Shown: in pieces, positions 9,623 to 18,310 of the stretch
Layout: the number at the start of each line of letters is the position of its first letter
Numbering within the stretch: position 1 is the first letter of the stretch
Source: Candidatus Hermodarchaeota archaeon
Lineage (GTDB): Archaea; Asgardarchaeota; Lokiarchaeia; Sigyniarchaeales; SOKP01
Reading direction: 5' to 3'
DNA: 21,537 nucleotides
Assembly: GCA_048885925.1 (NCBI GenBank)
Contig: JBHLLG010000049.1
Span: 1-21,537, forward strand
Made by a program: the position numbers and the translations under genes
Notes under the pieces: model-generated
Told to the model about the DNA's origin: nothing
The model's input: the letters and a program-made list of their open reading frames with translations, nothing else
Databases searched by the model: none

Positions 9623-10444
9623 ATGAATATTGAAAATTTAAGCGAAGTTATTTACGAAAAAGAAGAAAATGGGATCTGTACCCTTACCTTTAATACTCCT
9701 AAAAGAAGAAATGCGCTATCTTATGTTACATTTTTAGAAATTTGGACAGTTCTAGATGATATGGAAACAGATAAAAATGCTAAAGTATTGATAATGACAG
9801 GGAGTAAAGAGGGAAATGCTTTTTCTTCAGGAGGTTATTTTAATATGAAATATGTTTCTTCGATTTCTTCAGAAATAATGAAAGAAATAGATCTAATGGA
9901 TATTGCTCAAAAGAAGTTATGTCTTAAGTTTTGGAATTTTAATAAACCTGTGATTGCAGCTATTAATGGTTTAGCTGTAGGTATTGGTATCACTATGCCT
10001 TTACTTGGTGCTGATTTAATTTATATGGCAGAGGATGCATGGTTAGGATTTTATTTTGTTAAAAGAGCAGTTATTCCTGAATTTAGTTCAAGTTTTATTT
10101 TACCATTTCTTGTCGGGTTTCATAAAGCTAAAGAACTTATATATTTTGGAGATGAAATTTCAGCTCAACAAGCTAAGCATCTTGGTTTAGTAAATAAAAT
10201 TTTACCACCAGATGAATTGATGCTTTATACAAGGCAACAAGCATTAAAACTTATTCCTCCGAAAGGACCAACTGTTGCATTAAATCGTATGAAACAAACA
10301 ATGCATAATTATTTTAAGGATATTATTTCAAAAATATTAGATTTAGAAAATGAGGGATTACGTGATTTAATGAAAACTCATGACTTTAGAGCAGCAACAA
10401 AATCATTAATAACTAAAAAAGAACCTCTGTTTAAAGGTAAATAA
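9623..10444 (+). CDS. Enoyl-CoA hydratase/isomerase (crotonase) family protein, probably isomerase type
   Basis: LTFNTPKRRNAL, AFSSGG, KPVIAAINGLAVG, ADL, IPE, A.QA..LGLVNKI, K.P.FKGK. Confidence 0.88.
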   Translation: MNIENLSEVIYEKEENGICTLTFNTPKRRNALSYVTFLEIWTVLDDMETDKNAKVLIMTGSKEGNAFSSGGYFNMKYVSSISSEIMKEIDLMDIAQKKLCLKFWNFNKPVIAAINGLAVGIGITMPLLGADLIYMAEDAWLGFYFVKRAVIPEFSSSFILPFLVGFHKAKELIYFGDEISAQQAKHLGLVNKILPPDELMLYTRQQALKLIPPKGPTVALNRMKQTMHNYFKDIISKILDLENEGLRDLMKTHDFRAATKSLITKKEPLFKGK

Positions 10445-10539
10445 TAAATAGCATTATAAAAAGCCATGGAAATTCTTATTAGACACGGTTAATATTTAAT
10501 AATTTTAATTTTAATAATAAACAACAAGAAAAAGTCAAA

Positions 10540-12060
10540 ATGGATATTGAAAAAATTGGTTTTGATAACGAGAAATATCTAAACGACCAATCTAAGAGTA
10601 TTTTGGATCGATCTACTCAATTTGGGAACAAACTATATCTTGAATTTGGTGGAAAACTGGTATATGATTATCATGCAGCAAGAGTTCTCCCTGGATTCGA
10701 TCCAAATGTTAAAATGAGGCTTTTAAAGCGTCTTGGAGATAAAAGTGAGGTAATCTTATGTATCTACTCTGGAGATATAGAAAGAAAAAAGATTCGTGCA
10801 GATTTTGGAATAACTTATGACACTGATACTTTGAAATTAATTGATGATCTTCGGGATGGAGGAATTAAAGTATGTGCTGTAGTAGTGACACGGTATAATG
10901 GACAGCAAATCGTTAAGCAATTTATGAATAAACTTGAGCGTAGAGATATAAAGGTGTATACGCATCATTCAATCAAAGGCTATCCAACAAATATTGATTT
11001 AATCGTAAGTGAAGAAGGATACGGTGCAAATGAGTATGTCAAAACCTCTAAACCGATAATAATTGTTTCTGGACCTGGACCAGGTAGTGGGAAAATGGCA
11101 ACTTGCTTGTCTCAAATATATCATGAACATAAAAGAGGGATTGAGGCGGGTTATGCAAAGTTCGAAACCTTTCCAATATGGAATTTACCTTTAAAGCATC
11201 CTGTAAATATGGCATATGAAGCCGCAACTGCAGATCTAGGGGATTTTAATCAGATAGATCCATTCCATCTTGAGAATTATAATATAAAATCAACCAATTA
11301 TAATAGAGATGTAGAAATATTTCCAGTTGTCAAGAAAATTATGCTAAAACTTATGGGTAACAAATTAGTATACAAATCTCCTACTGATATGGGTGTGAAC
11401 ACGGCAGGTTTTGCTATTACTGATGATGATCTTGTGCAACAAGCATCCAAACAAGAAATAATCCGGAGATACTTTCGATATAACTGTGAGTATGCCATGG
11501 GTGTTGCAAATAAAAAAACCGTACAGAGAGCAGAATTGCTTATGAAAGAATTAAATCTCACACCATTGGATCGGAACGTTGTCGAACATGCTCGGCAAGC
11601 TTCTATAGAAGCTCAAGAAAAAGGGAAAGGGAATGAAGGTGTATTTGCTGGAGCCGCATTACAATTGAAGAATGGAACTATTATAACAGGAAATAATTCT
11701 CAATTGATGCACGCAGCCTCCGCCCTAATTTTAAATGCTATTAAAGTATTAGCTGGGATTCCTGATAATATTCATCTTTTATCTCCAAATATATTAAACT
11801 CTATAAGTAAGCTAAAATCAGATGTTTTCAACCATAAACAATTAAGTCTTAATCTTGAAGAAACTCTTATAGCATTAAGCATTAGCGCAGATTTCAACCC
11901 ATCTGCTCAAGTTGCAATGGAAAAACTTAAAGATCTTAAGGGATGCGAGATGCATTCAACCCATATACCAACACAAGGAGACGAAGCTGGTTTGAGACGA
12001 TTAGGACTTAACATAACCTCAGATCCTATTTTTTCATCAAAAAGGCTTTTTATAGCTTAA
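10540..12060 (+). CDS. DUF1846 (UPF0371) family protein
   Basis: IGFDNEKYL, KLYLEFGGKL..DYHAARVLPGF, GPGSGKMATCLSQ, GYAKFETFPIWNLPLKHPVN.AYEAATADL, NYNRDVEIFP, YKSPTDMGVN, ASKQEIIRRY. Confidence 0.88.
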   Translation: MDIEKIGFDNEKYLNDQSKSILDRSTQFGNKLYLEFGGKLVYDYHAARVLPGFDPNVKMRLLKRLGDKSEVILCIYSGDIERKKIRADFGITYDTDTLKLIDDLRDGGIKVCAVVVTRYNGQQIVKQFMNKLERRDIKVYTHHSIKGYPTNIDLIVSEEGYGANEYVKTSKPIIIVSGPGPGSGKMATCLSQIYHEHKRGIEAGYAKFETFPIWNLPLKHPVNMAYEAATADLGDFNQIDPFHLENYNIKSTNYNRDVEIFPVVKKIMLKLMGNKLVYKSPTDMGVNTAGFAITDDDLVQQASKQEIIRRYFRYNCEYAMGVANKKTVQRAELLMKELNLTPLDRNVVEHARQASIEAQEKGKGNEGVFAGAALQLKNGTIITGNNSQLMHAASALILNAIKVLAGIPDNIHLLSPNILNSISKLKSDVFNHKQLSLNLEETLIALSISADFNPSAQVAMEKLKDLKGCEMHSTHIPTQGDEAGLRRLGLNITSDPIFSSKRLFIA

Positions 12061-12167
12061 TTGATAGAATGTTTTAGAAATTCTTTTAAAAATTGGTTTA
12101 TTTTTATAATTTTGTTTATATGGTTTGATTTAATAATATATTATTTTATAAAGAATTATTATAAATT

Positions 12168-13880
12168 ATGAACACTAAAAGTAAATTTGTATTTGTAACA
12201 GGCGGTGTGATGTCTGGCATAATATTATAATATTTCATTAGAATATGCTAAGGTAAGGGCGTCGCAACAGCCAGTATAGGTAAAGTACTACAATTTCGTG
12301 GCTTTAATGTATCAGTCGTAAAAATTGACCCTTATTTGAATGTAGATCCCGGAACTCTAAATCCAGTTGAACATGGAGAATGTTTTATTACCGAGAATGT
12401 GTGGGATTTCAGACCTGTTCCTGGTTCTGATGAAAGATCATATAGAATTTCTGAAATCGATCAAGATTTTGGAACGTATTCTAGGATTTTAGGTATTGAA
12501 ATGCATCCTTCCCATAATATTACATCGGGTCAAATTTATCTTTCTACGATCCTAAGTGAGAGGAAAGGGAGATTTTTAGGAAAAACAGTCCAAATTATAC
12601 CTCATGTAACAGATATAATCAAAGAAAGATTAATGGAAATTGCTGAAAAAGAAAATTTAGATGTATTATTAATTGAATGTGGTGGAACTGTTGGAGATTT
12701 AGAATCTAGTATATTTTTAGAAGCGTTTCGACAATTAAAATTAGAATATCCGAAACGTACGGCATTTGTACATGTTACACTTATTCCATATTCTAAGGCT
12801 GTAGGTCAACAAAAATCGAAACCAACCCAACACTCTGTTAAAATGCTTCAAAGTTTGGGACTACAACCAGATATAATAATTGGAAGAAGTGAAAAATTAT
12901 TAGATAAAAATATTAAGAGAAAAATATCTTTATATTCTAACGTGCCTGAAAATGCTGTTGTCTCAAATCCCGATTTGGAGATTGTCTATGAATTACCTCT
13001 TTTATTCGAGAAGCAAGGTTTAGGAGATCTTTTATGTGAACTAATAGATCTAAAGGCAAAGTTAGTAGCTTACAATGAAGTAACAAATTACTCCGAATGG
13101 GTGAAAATGGTTGAATTGTTTAAAAATACTAAAGAATCTGTCAAAATTGCGATGCCAGGTAAATATTTTAACATTTCTGATTCATATATCTCAATAAATG
13201 TAGCTTTAGAAGATGCTGCTGCACATCTTGGATATAAAACAGATTTAAAAATGATTAATATTGAAGAAAATGTTGATATTGCAGAACAACTTAAAGATTG
13301 CGATGGAATTTTGCTTACACCTGGATTCGGAGAAAGAGCAGTAGAGGGTATGATAAAATCGGCAGAATATGCCATGGGAAAGAAAGTCCCATTCCTAGGG
13401 ATTTGTTTTGGAGCTCAGTTATTTTTTGTGGCTTTCTGTAGAAAATATCTTGGATTTGAAAAGGCAAATTCAACAGAAATAGATCCTAATACTCCATATC
13501 CAGTTATTGATCTCTTAGAAAATCAGAAAGACGTTAAAGAGATTGGGGGTACTATGAGATTAGGTGCTCAAAAAATAATAGTTGAAAAAGGTACAAGGCT
13601 TTATAATGCGTACAAGAAAGATGTGATTTATGAACGATATAGACATAGATATCATATTCAAGAGAGATTTATCACGGATGAGGCTAAAGAAAAGGGTATA
13701 CTAGTATCAAGTAGAGATGAAACTGGAAAAATTATTAATAGTATCGAATTAAATAGAGAAGATCACTGGATGGTAGGTACCCAATTTCATCCAGAATTTA
13801 AATCCCGTCCTTATAACCCATCTCCAATTTATTTTGATTTTATTAAAGAATGTGTTAAGTACAAAAATTCAAAAGTATAA
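12168..13880 (+). CDS. pyrG: CTP synthase, split gene: join(12168..12221,12252..13880), 560 aa after removing a 30-nt intron
   Basis: Exon 1 gives MNTKSKFVFVTGGVMSGI. Exon 2 begins GKGVATASIGKVLQFRGFNVSVVKIDPYLNVDPGT and continues with GKTVQIIPHVTD, ECGGTVGDLES, KSKPTQHSV, LGICFG (catalytic Cys), GGTMRLG, ERYRHRY and QFHPEF. The ORF-track start at 12336 is an artefact of the insert. Confidence 0.93.
12222..12251 (+). other. Putative 30-nt archaeal bulge-helix-bulge/loop (BHB/BHL) intron in the pyrG mRNA
   Basis: Insert ATATTATAATATTTCATTAGAATATGCTAA with in-frame TAA at 12228-30 and 12249-51. Central helix GGCA(12216-19)/TGCT(12246-49). Bulge TA^A (12220-22). Intron stem TATT-A-TAAT/ATTA-G-AATA with loop ATTTC. 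3' bulge/loop begins AA^G (12250-52). Exon-exon stem 12206-12215/12257-12266. Confidence 0.82.
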
Positions 13881-13902
13881 TAATTTTATATCATCTCTTT
13901 TG

Positions 13903-16761
13903 TTATATTATATTTGTTTTCGATATTTCTACTAGAGATTTAATGTGATTAACAAATTTTTCATTTGAGCATAGTGATAATAATTCTTTTTTAGCTAATT
14001 CAGCATTATCATTTTTTTCTCTCAAGTCGAAAGGGGATATAATGCCGTTTGAACTTTTCTTCTTTAATTCTCCAATGACATGATCGATTTCTTGATTAAA
14101 ATCATTCAAGTTTTCAAAATAATCCGATAATGCTGCTGGAAGGTTTGGATGGACACTTTTTAGTGAATTTGTAAATTTTAGTAAATTTTGAGAAAAACTT
14201 ATTCTATCTTCCATAACTTTGCTGATTTCTTCAGATTCATGAAGAAGTTTAAACATAATGTTATAAAATTTAAGTTCATTTTTATCTCGATTGAGTGAGT
14301 TTGTTAAATTTCTAATTTTAGTAGTTGTATCAAAATCATTCATTTGTTCATATTCCTTTATTTTATTTTCGGTTTCATGAATCTCTAGATTAAGTAAATC
14401 AAGCTTCTGATTACTTAGATAAGTATCCAATTTCATTATTTTCTTTTGATACTCCTGTTCATCAAGAATAATACGAGTAGTACTAAAAATTTCTGGTAAA
14501 GGATCATATAAATACTTTAATATTAAAATATATATAGTATGTTCAGTATTAGCTATAGGTCTTGTATAAAATTCTATAGCATGTATATTCTCACTAAACT
14601 CTACAAGAAATTTGAAAAATTTTCTTATTTCTAGCATATTTTTTTGAGCATCAAATGCTATAGAATACATTTCTTCGAAATACTTTTTATAGAACCTTCT
14701 TGCTAATTCAAGTTCATTTAAGAAATTATTTATTAGTTGTATTAACTCTCCTGATACGCCTGGTTTTTTGTAGTCTTCACCAATATCTTTTAAACGCTCC
14801 TCTTCTTTGACAGTGATCATTTTGGTAATAAAATCTGGAAAATCTTTTGTAACGATATCATATGTTTTAATAAAATATCTTTTCTTGTTTAATATAGGTA
14901 TAATTGTATTTATTGTCATAGTTCTCTTTTGAATTGCTTTCAAATCTTCTTCCAGTATTCTATTAATATGCTCATCAATTTTCTTTTTATTTTCTATATT
15001 TGATACTTTTCTATCTTTTAATAATTGATTAAGCCGAATTCCTCTTATTTCTGTATTTCGACCACCGAAAATCTCCACAAAAATGCCTCCAAGAATTCTA
15101 AGAGCTAAAGCTCCTGCTAATAACTTGTCCTTCGCTTCATCAACTAAAATCTGATCGGTTAACATATTCATTAACCTAAACATAAATGTTTTTTCTTTCT
15201 CCCTAGGTATCTCGTTAATTTTGATTCTGTATTTTTCGATAATTTGATCCTCTGAAAATTTATTTTCCCATAAAAAGTCTAATACTCGATCTCCTTCTGC
15301 TTTAGGAAGAATATCCAGATATCGAGGTATTATTTCAATTAATGCTTTTGCCCATTTTGAATGTTCTATAGCTAATGGTATTTCTTCATGATAATCCGCT
15401 AATAAATCATGAATCAATCCCCCTTTTTCGATAACTTTGGGACCATCATATCTACCTAGCGTGTGTACTAGTATTTCATCAAAATTAGGAGTTAGAGAGA
15501 ATGGCATGCGAATTTTAATTTTTTCTAAAAATTCAAGAAATAAATCAAAAAGACCACGAACTTTATGATTCGATCGATTTATAATGAACTGATTTATTTC
15601 TGCTTTATTTAAATCGCCAATATCAACTAAAGAGTTAGCAAACATAATTGCTCCATTAAAAATTAATTCAACTTTTTCTGGTTCATAATAGGAAGCAGTT
15701 TCTGAACATTTAAATAGATATTTTGCTAGATCAGACCCAAGATATTCTCTATGTTGCTCTGGAATTTTTCCTATTGCACTTAATAGATCCTGCATTAGCA
15801 TTTGAATCATGTCTTGTCCAAGTATAAGTGAATATTTCTTTTCTGCTCTTTTCAAAAATGCTTCTATATCTGAGAATTGAACTCGCTCTTTTTCTTCTCC
15901 AAAAAGATGAGTTAATATATCTTCAAATTTAGTACTATTTACTAATAAATTTCCTCTTTTAGCTTCTTCCAAAGATGCATCGAATACATCCAATAAAGAA
16001 TGCGACTTATTATTACTTCTCATTCTTATTTCTTGATTAATTTGGTCCCATGTTTTTCCACCTAAATCTTTTATAGAATCAGAAAATAATAAAATATGAG
16101 CTAATATATTGTCGATTGTTTCTGTAGAAAATTTATCAATATTTTGAGACAATTTAAATAAATATTTTGAAATTTCAGAGCTCATTTGATCTCTATGTAA
16201 TTCATCGATTTGTTCAAATGATTTCATAATCCTTTCTAAATAAGCGTTAAATTTCTCTTCTCCCAGTTTCATAAAAAAGCTCTTCTCAGCACGTTTAAGA
16301 AACAATTCAACATCATTCATCTGAGAGATTTCTGCCTTTCCACCAACCAGGTATGTTAATAAATCTTCAAATCTTTCGAGATTTTCAATAGTTTCCCCTT
16401 TTGTCGCTCTATTAACAAATGCACTTAATAAATCGGAAAGATTTCGCATTTCATTATTACTTCTATTTATTAGCATCTGATTTACCTGATTTCTGTCCCG
16501 ATTTACTAGATCTTTTAGCGATCTTGCAAATATGAGAATGGATTTTAAAACAGCCTCTGTAATCACAGGAGAGACATCTTCAATCTCCTGTGAATAATTG
16601 AAAAGAAATTTTGGTATTTCAGAACCAATTATACTTCTAAATTTAGCTGGAATTTCATTAGTAGCTTTCTTTATACTATTTAAAATAGCTGATGTCTTAT
16701 TCTCTCCTAGTTTTTTATTAAAAGAATGTTCAGCCCTTTTAAAAAATACTTCCATAATCAA
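13903..16761 (-). CDS. Large hypothetical alpha-helical protein with three tandem 148-aa repeats and a helical/coiled-coil C-terminal half
   Basis: 952-aa uninterrupted ORF; I recognise no catalytic motif. KRAE recurs at aa 8, 156 and 304; RSN at aa 100, 248 and 396. Confidence 0.8.
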   Translation of the reverse strand: MIMEVFFKRAEHSFNKKLGENKTSAILNSIKKATNEIPAKFRSIIGSEIPKFLFNYSQEIEDVSPVITEAVLKSILIFARSLKDLVNRDRNQVNQMLINRSNNEMRNLSDLLSAFVNRATKGETIENLERFEDLLTYLVGGKAEISQMNDVELFLKRAEKSFFMKLGEEKFNAYLERIMKSFEQIDELHRDQMSSEISKYLFKLSQNIDKFSTETIDNILAHILLFSDSIKDLGGKTWDQINQEIRMRSNNKSHSLLDVFDASLEEAKRGNLLVNSTKFEDILTHLFGEEKERVQFSDIEAFLKRAEKKYSLILGQDMIQMLMQDLLSAIGKIPEQHREYLGSDLAKYLFKCSETASYYEPEKVELIFNGAIMFANSLVDIGDLNKAEINQFIINRSNHKVRGLFDLFLEFLEKIKIRMPFSLTPNFDEILVHTLGRYDGPKVIEKGGLIHDLLADYHEEIPLAIEHSKWAKALIEIIPRYLDILPKAEGDRVLDFLWENKFSEDQIIEKYRIKINEIPREKEKTFMFRLMNMLTDQILVDEAKDKLLAGALALRILGGIFVEIFGGRNTEIRGIRLNQLLKDRKVSNIENKKKIDEHINRILEEDLKAIQKRTMTINTIIPILNKKRYFIKTYDIVTKDFPDFITKMITVKEEERLKDIGEDYKKPGVSGELIQLINNFLNELELARRFYKKYFEEMYSIAFDAQKNMLEIRKFFKFLVEFSENIHAIEFYTRPIANTEHTIYILILKYLYDPLPEIFSTTRIILDEQEYQKKIMKLDTYLSNQKLDLLNLEIHETENKIKEYEQMNDFDTTTKIRNLTNSLNRDKNELKFYNIMFKLLHESEEISKVMEDRISFSQNLLKFTNSLKSVHPNLPAALSDYFENLNDFNQEIDHVIGELKKKSSNGIISPFDLREKNDNAELAKKELLSLCSNEKFVNHIKSLVEISKTNII
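15442..16755 (-). repeat. Three tandem intragenic repeats of 148 codons (444 nt)
   Basis: Units start near 16755, 16311 and 15867. Shared pattern E.F.KRAE......LG ... S(E/D)..K(Y/F)LF..S ... F..S..D ... NQ....RSN.....L.D ... F(E/D)(D/E).L....G. Confidence 0.85.
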
Positions 16762-17206
16762 ATCACATTCAAATAATAGAAGTTATTAGAAATATAAATT
16801 CTACTTAAATTCAATTCATGAATTCAATCAGATAATTAAATAACCTAAATGATCAATTTAAATTTATGTTTAGGAATATTTGGAATTAAATTTAAAGTAT
16901 TGATTCTGAAAATCTTCAATTTTACCAAAAAAAAAATATTCATCTAAATGATTTTTTCTAATATTAGAAATAAATAATTATTAACAACTATTACTAATTA
17001 AAATTATCAAATTCCCAATAGTGGTAAATAACTAAGAATTATGATGGATAAGAACGATATTAAGATAATAAGAATCTTAATAATAATAAGAGTTATGGGA
17101 GAAAATTAGATGAATAAGATATTAAACGATTTTAAGGATTTTTGATAATGTATAAATTGGAAACAGATATATTAGTTTTTAATTGAATATTTAATTGTGA
17201 AAAAAT

Positions 17207-18181
17207 ATGATTAAGACAAAAGTAACTGAAATGTTGGGATGCAAATATCCAATAATAGTAGGAACCATGGCTAATATTACCACGCCAGAATTTGTTGCTA
17301 CATGTAGTAATGCTGGTGCTTGTGCTGTATTAGCTAGTGCGAATTATAGTACTCCTGAACAATTACGCGAGGCAATCAGAAAAACTCAATCATTAACTAC
17401 CCAACCATTTGCAGTAAATATCAATTTATTTCCCGCCCTCATGCCCCAAGATAAATTAGAGGATTATGTTGAAGCAACATTGGAGGAGGGAGCAAAAATT
17501 ATTGAAACAAGCGGCCATAAAGCCCCAGAGCATTTAGTTCCTAAAATTAAACAGGGAGGTGCTATATGGATACATAAATGTGCTGGTGTTAGATATGCAA
17601 AAAAAGGAGCCTCTTTAGGTGCTGATATAATAACAGTTGTAGGCTATGAAAATGGTGGAGCAACAGGAATTTTAGATATAGGAACTCTTGTAATGACGCC
17701 ATGTGTTGTGGATGCATTAGATATTCCCGTGATAGCTGGAGGTGGTATAACAGATGGACGGGGAGTTGCAGCAGTATTGGCACTTGGAGCTGAGGGTGTA
17801 ATTATGGGAACTAGAATGATGGCTACAAAAGAATGCCCTATTCATGATAATTTAAAACAAGCTTTTATTCAAGCCGGTGAAACTGATACTTCTTTAGTTA
17901 TGAGATCTATTAAAAACACCCACAGAGTATGGCGGAATAAAGCTGCTGAAAAAATAATTGAGTTAGAATCACAAAAAGCATCACTTCAGCAAATCGTACA
18001 AGTAGCATCGGGTCAAAATGCATTAAAAATGTATAGAGAAGGTGATTTAGATGCCGGTATGGTAAGTTGCGGTCAGGGTGTGGGATTGGTTAGGGATATA
18101 CCTACTGTTAAAGAATTATTAGATAGAATAGTGAAAGAAGCAGAAGAAGTAATCCAAAAATTAGGAAGTATTTCTAAATAA
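17207..18181 (+). CDS. Nitronate monooxygenase / FabK-like FMN-dependent oxidoreductase
   Basis: KTKVTEMLGCKYPII, PFAVNI, IHKC, GADII.VVGYENGG, IPVIAGGGITDGRG, LALGAEGVIMGTR, CGQGVGLV.DIP. Confidence 0.87.
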   Translation: MIKTKVTEMLGCKYPIIVGTMANITTPEFVATCSNAGACAVLASANYSTPEQLREAIRKTQSLTTQPFAVNINLFPALMPQDKLEDYVEATLEEGAKIIETSGHKAPEHLVPKIKQGGAIWIHKCAGVRYAKKGASLGADIITVVGYENGGATGILDIGTLVMTPCVVDALDIPVIAGGGITDGRGVAAVLALGAEGVIMGTRMMATKECPIHDNLKQAFIQAGETDTSLVMRSIKNTHRVWRNKAAEKIIELESQKASLQQIVQVASGQNALKMYREGDLDAGMVSCGQGVGLVRDIPTVKELLDRIVKEAEEVIQKLGSISK

Positions 18182-18310
18182 TCTATTTTTTTATTTAATC
18201 ATAATATGAATTTTACCCTATTAAGACAAAGAATAAAACAATACTTTCATTTCATTTTTCATTAAATTATAAATAACAATAATTAAAAATACAACATATG
18301 AAGATAAAAA

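Noticed and set aside
12246-12257. AG|GTAAG resembling a spliceosomal 5' splice site, next to a CTAA branch-like word
   Set aside because: GGT AAG simply encodes the conserved Gly-Lys and lies at the 3' junction. The insert has no GT...AG ends, and the BHB geometry explains the boundaries.
12168-13880. pyrG as a pseudogene, or decoded by frameshift/readthrough
   Set aside because: The rest of the gene is intact with all catalytic motifs, and both parts are in the same frame, so no frameshift is needed. Readthrough of two TAA codons would add 10 aa inside the nucleotide-binding loop. Ribosomal hopping cannot be formally excluded, but the exact BHB fit favours splicing.
12336-13880. ORF-track 514-aa CTP synthase starting at TTG 12336
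   Set aside because: It starts in the middle of the conserved KIDPYLNVDPGT motif and omits the essential N-terminal GGVxSxxGKG loop.
17041-17140. Loose AAGATATTAA-like recurrences and a 9-codon ORF in the intergenic region
   Set aside because: Irregular spacing and low complexity; no CRISPR-like repeat-spacer structure and no coding evidence.
464-17783. Short antisense or overlapping ORFs (464-652, 1306-1530, 3049-3237, 5163-5372, 6478-6663, 7260-7457, 8790-9053, 9153-9380, 11298-11561, 13088-13375, 16598-16789, 17589-17783)
   Set aside because: All lie opposite well-supported genes and have no recognisable motifs; they are shadow ORFs.
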